A stretch of DNA of 64,000 bases from NCBI GenBank assembly GCA_003210825.1, contig QCUF01000002.1, forward strand, positions 2,285 to 66,284, read 5' to 3'. Position 1 is the first letter of the stretch, and each line of letters starts with the position of its first letter. Origin of the DNA: Prochlorococcus sp. AG-676-P15-1 (GTDB taxonomy: Bacteria > Cyanobacteriota > Cyanobacteriia > PCC-6307 > Cyanobiaceae). Below are positions 62,253 to 64,000 of the stretch, piece after piece. The notes below the pieces were generated by a model that was not told the DNA's origin, searched no databases, and was given only the letters and a program-made list of their open reading frames with translations. The position numbers were made by a program, and so were the translations under genes.

Positions 62253-63431
62253 TTATAGTGATTTAAAAACTTCACGTTTTTTATATTTTGAAAGTGCATT
62301 ATTAACAGCTTGTTGTTGATCTCGTTTTGTTATCCAATGATGGTACGTTTGAGTATGTAGGCTGACGGAATGTCCCATCATTCTTGCTGCAACGGTATCA
62401 GGTAGATCATAGAAAATCGTCCTAACTGCCCACGCGTGTCTTAGATCATAAGGTTTGATTTTAAGTGAATAACGTTTAAATTGATCAGTTATTTTTTTTC
62501 CAATATTTTGCAAAGTTGTAAATCTAAGATCTCTATTAATTTTTGGAAGTAATTCTGGATCTTTGCCTAATTTACAAAGTTCAAATTTATCTATCCATTT
62601 AGGATGAAAAGGCCAAACCTGATGTTCGCCTGTTTTAGTAGTAGGCAAAACTCTAATGATTTTGTCTCCAGAATTAGTTAAGGAGCTTAAGTCACAAAAA
62701 AATACTTCATGATTTCTTAAACCATATGTAGCCATAAGCCCGAAAACATATTTCCACGATTTGTTTGGTATCTTGTCCCATACATTTTCAATTACCTCGT
62801 CAGTAGGAAGATCCCTAAAGCTTGCTTTATTTAGTCCATATCCTTTAGCCAATAATTTCCAATCTTCGGGAAGTTTATGTTCTAAAAATTTTGCTAAAAC
62901 GCTCAGAGAAGTCGCGCATTGTTTTCTGCTCCTGCTCCCTTCTTTATAAGTTTTTAATGTAGTTATAAAAATATTATCTAAATTTTTATTATTAGCATCA
63001 TTTTGAATGGATTTCAATCTCTTAAGGTAGGGCTTATAAGAGCTTCTCCAAGTTGTTTTTCTAGAACTTGTTAAATATTCGTTTTTATTCTCGCTAAAAA
63101 AATAATTCTCAAAATCATTAATTCTAGTTAAAAATTTAAATTCTTCTTTTATTTCCCTCTTATCAGAAATCTTTACCCAATTGATCCAATCAAATTGATT
63201 TAACTCTAATTGCAAAGTTATCAATTGTAATTTTTTCTTAGCTTCTTTTAAGCCATTAAAATCCGCTTTGAGCCCAAGAGATATTCTTTGAATAGTAAAG
63301 TTATTTTTATTATTTTTTGATGGCAGCGAACCTCTAATATTTAATTTGTCCCCTCTTTTTTCAATTCTAAGTTTGCTTCCTTCACTAGCAAATTTATCAT
63401 TGATATTATTAATTTCCTGAATTACGTTCAT
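62253..63431 (-). CDS. Tyrosine recombinase (phage integrase family)
   Basis: ATYGLRNHE (Arg), TKTG (Lys), YDLRH (HxxR-like), MGHS (His), QTYHHW (Tyr). Confidence 0.88.
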   Translation of the reverse strand: MNVIQEINNINDKFASEGSKLRIEKRGDKLNIRGSLPSKNNKNNFTIQRISLGLKADFNGLKEAKKKLQLITLQLELNQFDWINWVKISDKREIKEEFKFLTRINDFENYFFSENKNEYLTSSRKTTWRSSYKPYLKRLKSIQNDANNKNLDNIFITTLKTYKEGSRSRKQCATSLSVLAKFLEHKLPEDWKLLAKGYGLNKASFRDLPTDEVIENVWDKIPNKSWKYVFGLMATYGLRNHEVFFCDLSSLTNSGDKIIRVLPTTKTGEHQVWPFHPKWIDKFELCKLGKDPELLPKINRDLRFTTLQNIGKKITDQFKRYSLKIKPYDLRHAWAVRTIFYDLPDTVAARMMGHSVSLHTQTYHHWITKRDQQQAVNNALSKYKKREVFKSL

Positions 63432-63496
63432 TAACTTATATAATTATTTTTATAATGACGTTTCTAATGTTTATTTTCAATCTCCATAAAATTTAA

Positions 63497-64000
63497 ATGG
63501 AAAAAGTAGGCGTCTTATTAATGAATCTTGGGGGCCCTGAAAGGATTACAGATGTGGGTCCATTTTTATATAATTTATTTTCTGATCCTGAAATAATCAG
63601 GCTTCCCGTCCCGGCATTTCAGAAACCTTTAGCCTGGTTAATAAGTACACTTAGAAGTACAACTTCACAACAGGCTTACCTTTCAATAGGTGGGGGATCG
63701 CCTATTAGAAGGATTACGGAACAACAAGCTAGGGAATTACAAAGCAAATTAAGAGATAAAGGTTTAAACGTCACAACTTATATAGCTATGAGATACTGGC
63801 ATCCTTTCACAGAATCAGCCATCGCCGATATGAAAGCAGATGGGGTAGATCAGATTGTCGTATTACCTCTTTACCCACACTTTTCCATAAGTACAAGTGG
63901 TTCTAGCTTTAGAGAATTAAAAAAATTAAGAGACTCTGATTCTGAATTTAAAAAAATACCAATGAGATGTGTAAGAAGTTGGTTTAGTCAATCAGGTTAC
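63497..64000 (+). CDS. hemH: Ferrochelatase (3' end runs off the window)
   Basis: Manual translation: [15 protein letters not shown]...[15 protein letters not shown]...IGGGSP...AMRYWHPF...[15 protein letters not shown]. Confidence 0.96.
   Translation, partial: MEKVGVLLMNLGGPERITDVGPFLYNLFSDPEIIRLPVPAFQKPLAWLISTLRSTTSQQAYLSIGGGSPIRRITEQQARELQSKLRDKGLNVTTYIAMRYWHPFTESAIADMKADGVDQIVVLPLYPHFSISTSGSSFRELKKLRDSDSEFKKIPMRCVRSWFSQSGY

Noticed and set aside
62253-63431. Integrase as evidence of a prophage or mobile element
   Set aside because: No phage genes, cargo or att repeats; both neighbours are housekeeping genes.

Overview
AT-rich, densely packed core-chromosome segment of a marine picocyanobacterium, almost certainly a high-light-type Prochlorococcus. 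Evidence: psaF/psaJ, petC/petA, psb27, an hli gene, the Prochlorococcus/Synechococcus hyperconserved protein between tRNA-Trp and tRNA-Asp, and many overlapping or abutting genes. About 70 CDSs run from a partial fabG to a partial hemH. They are mostly housekeeping: tetrapyrrole/cobalamin, translation, nucleotide metabolism, cell division, sigA and priA. I see no prophage, IS element, CRISPR array, rRNA or defence island, and cannot support a clearly new multi-gene system. The best second looks are subtle: (1) two family I pyrophosphatases, one with substituted catalytic residues and a Lys-rich tail; (2) a pseudo-dihydroorotase; (3) an orphan tyrosine recombinase with apparently intact catalytic motifs; (4) a LarC / iron permease / His-repeat COG0523 metal neighbourhood with a perfect 21-bp tandem repeat; (5) a TPR-like/DUF3153 fusion with an internal lipobox; (6) a Psb27 lacking its lipidation Cys. 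All product calls come from motif recognition, not database searches.
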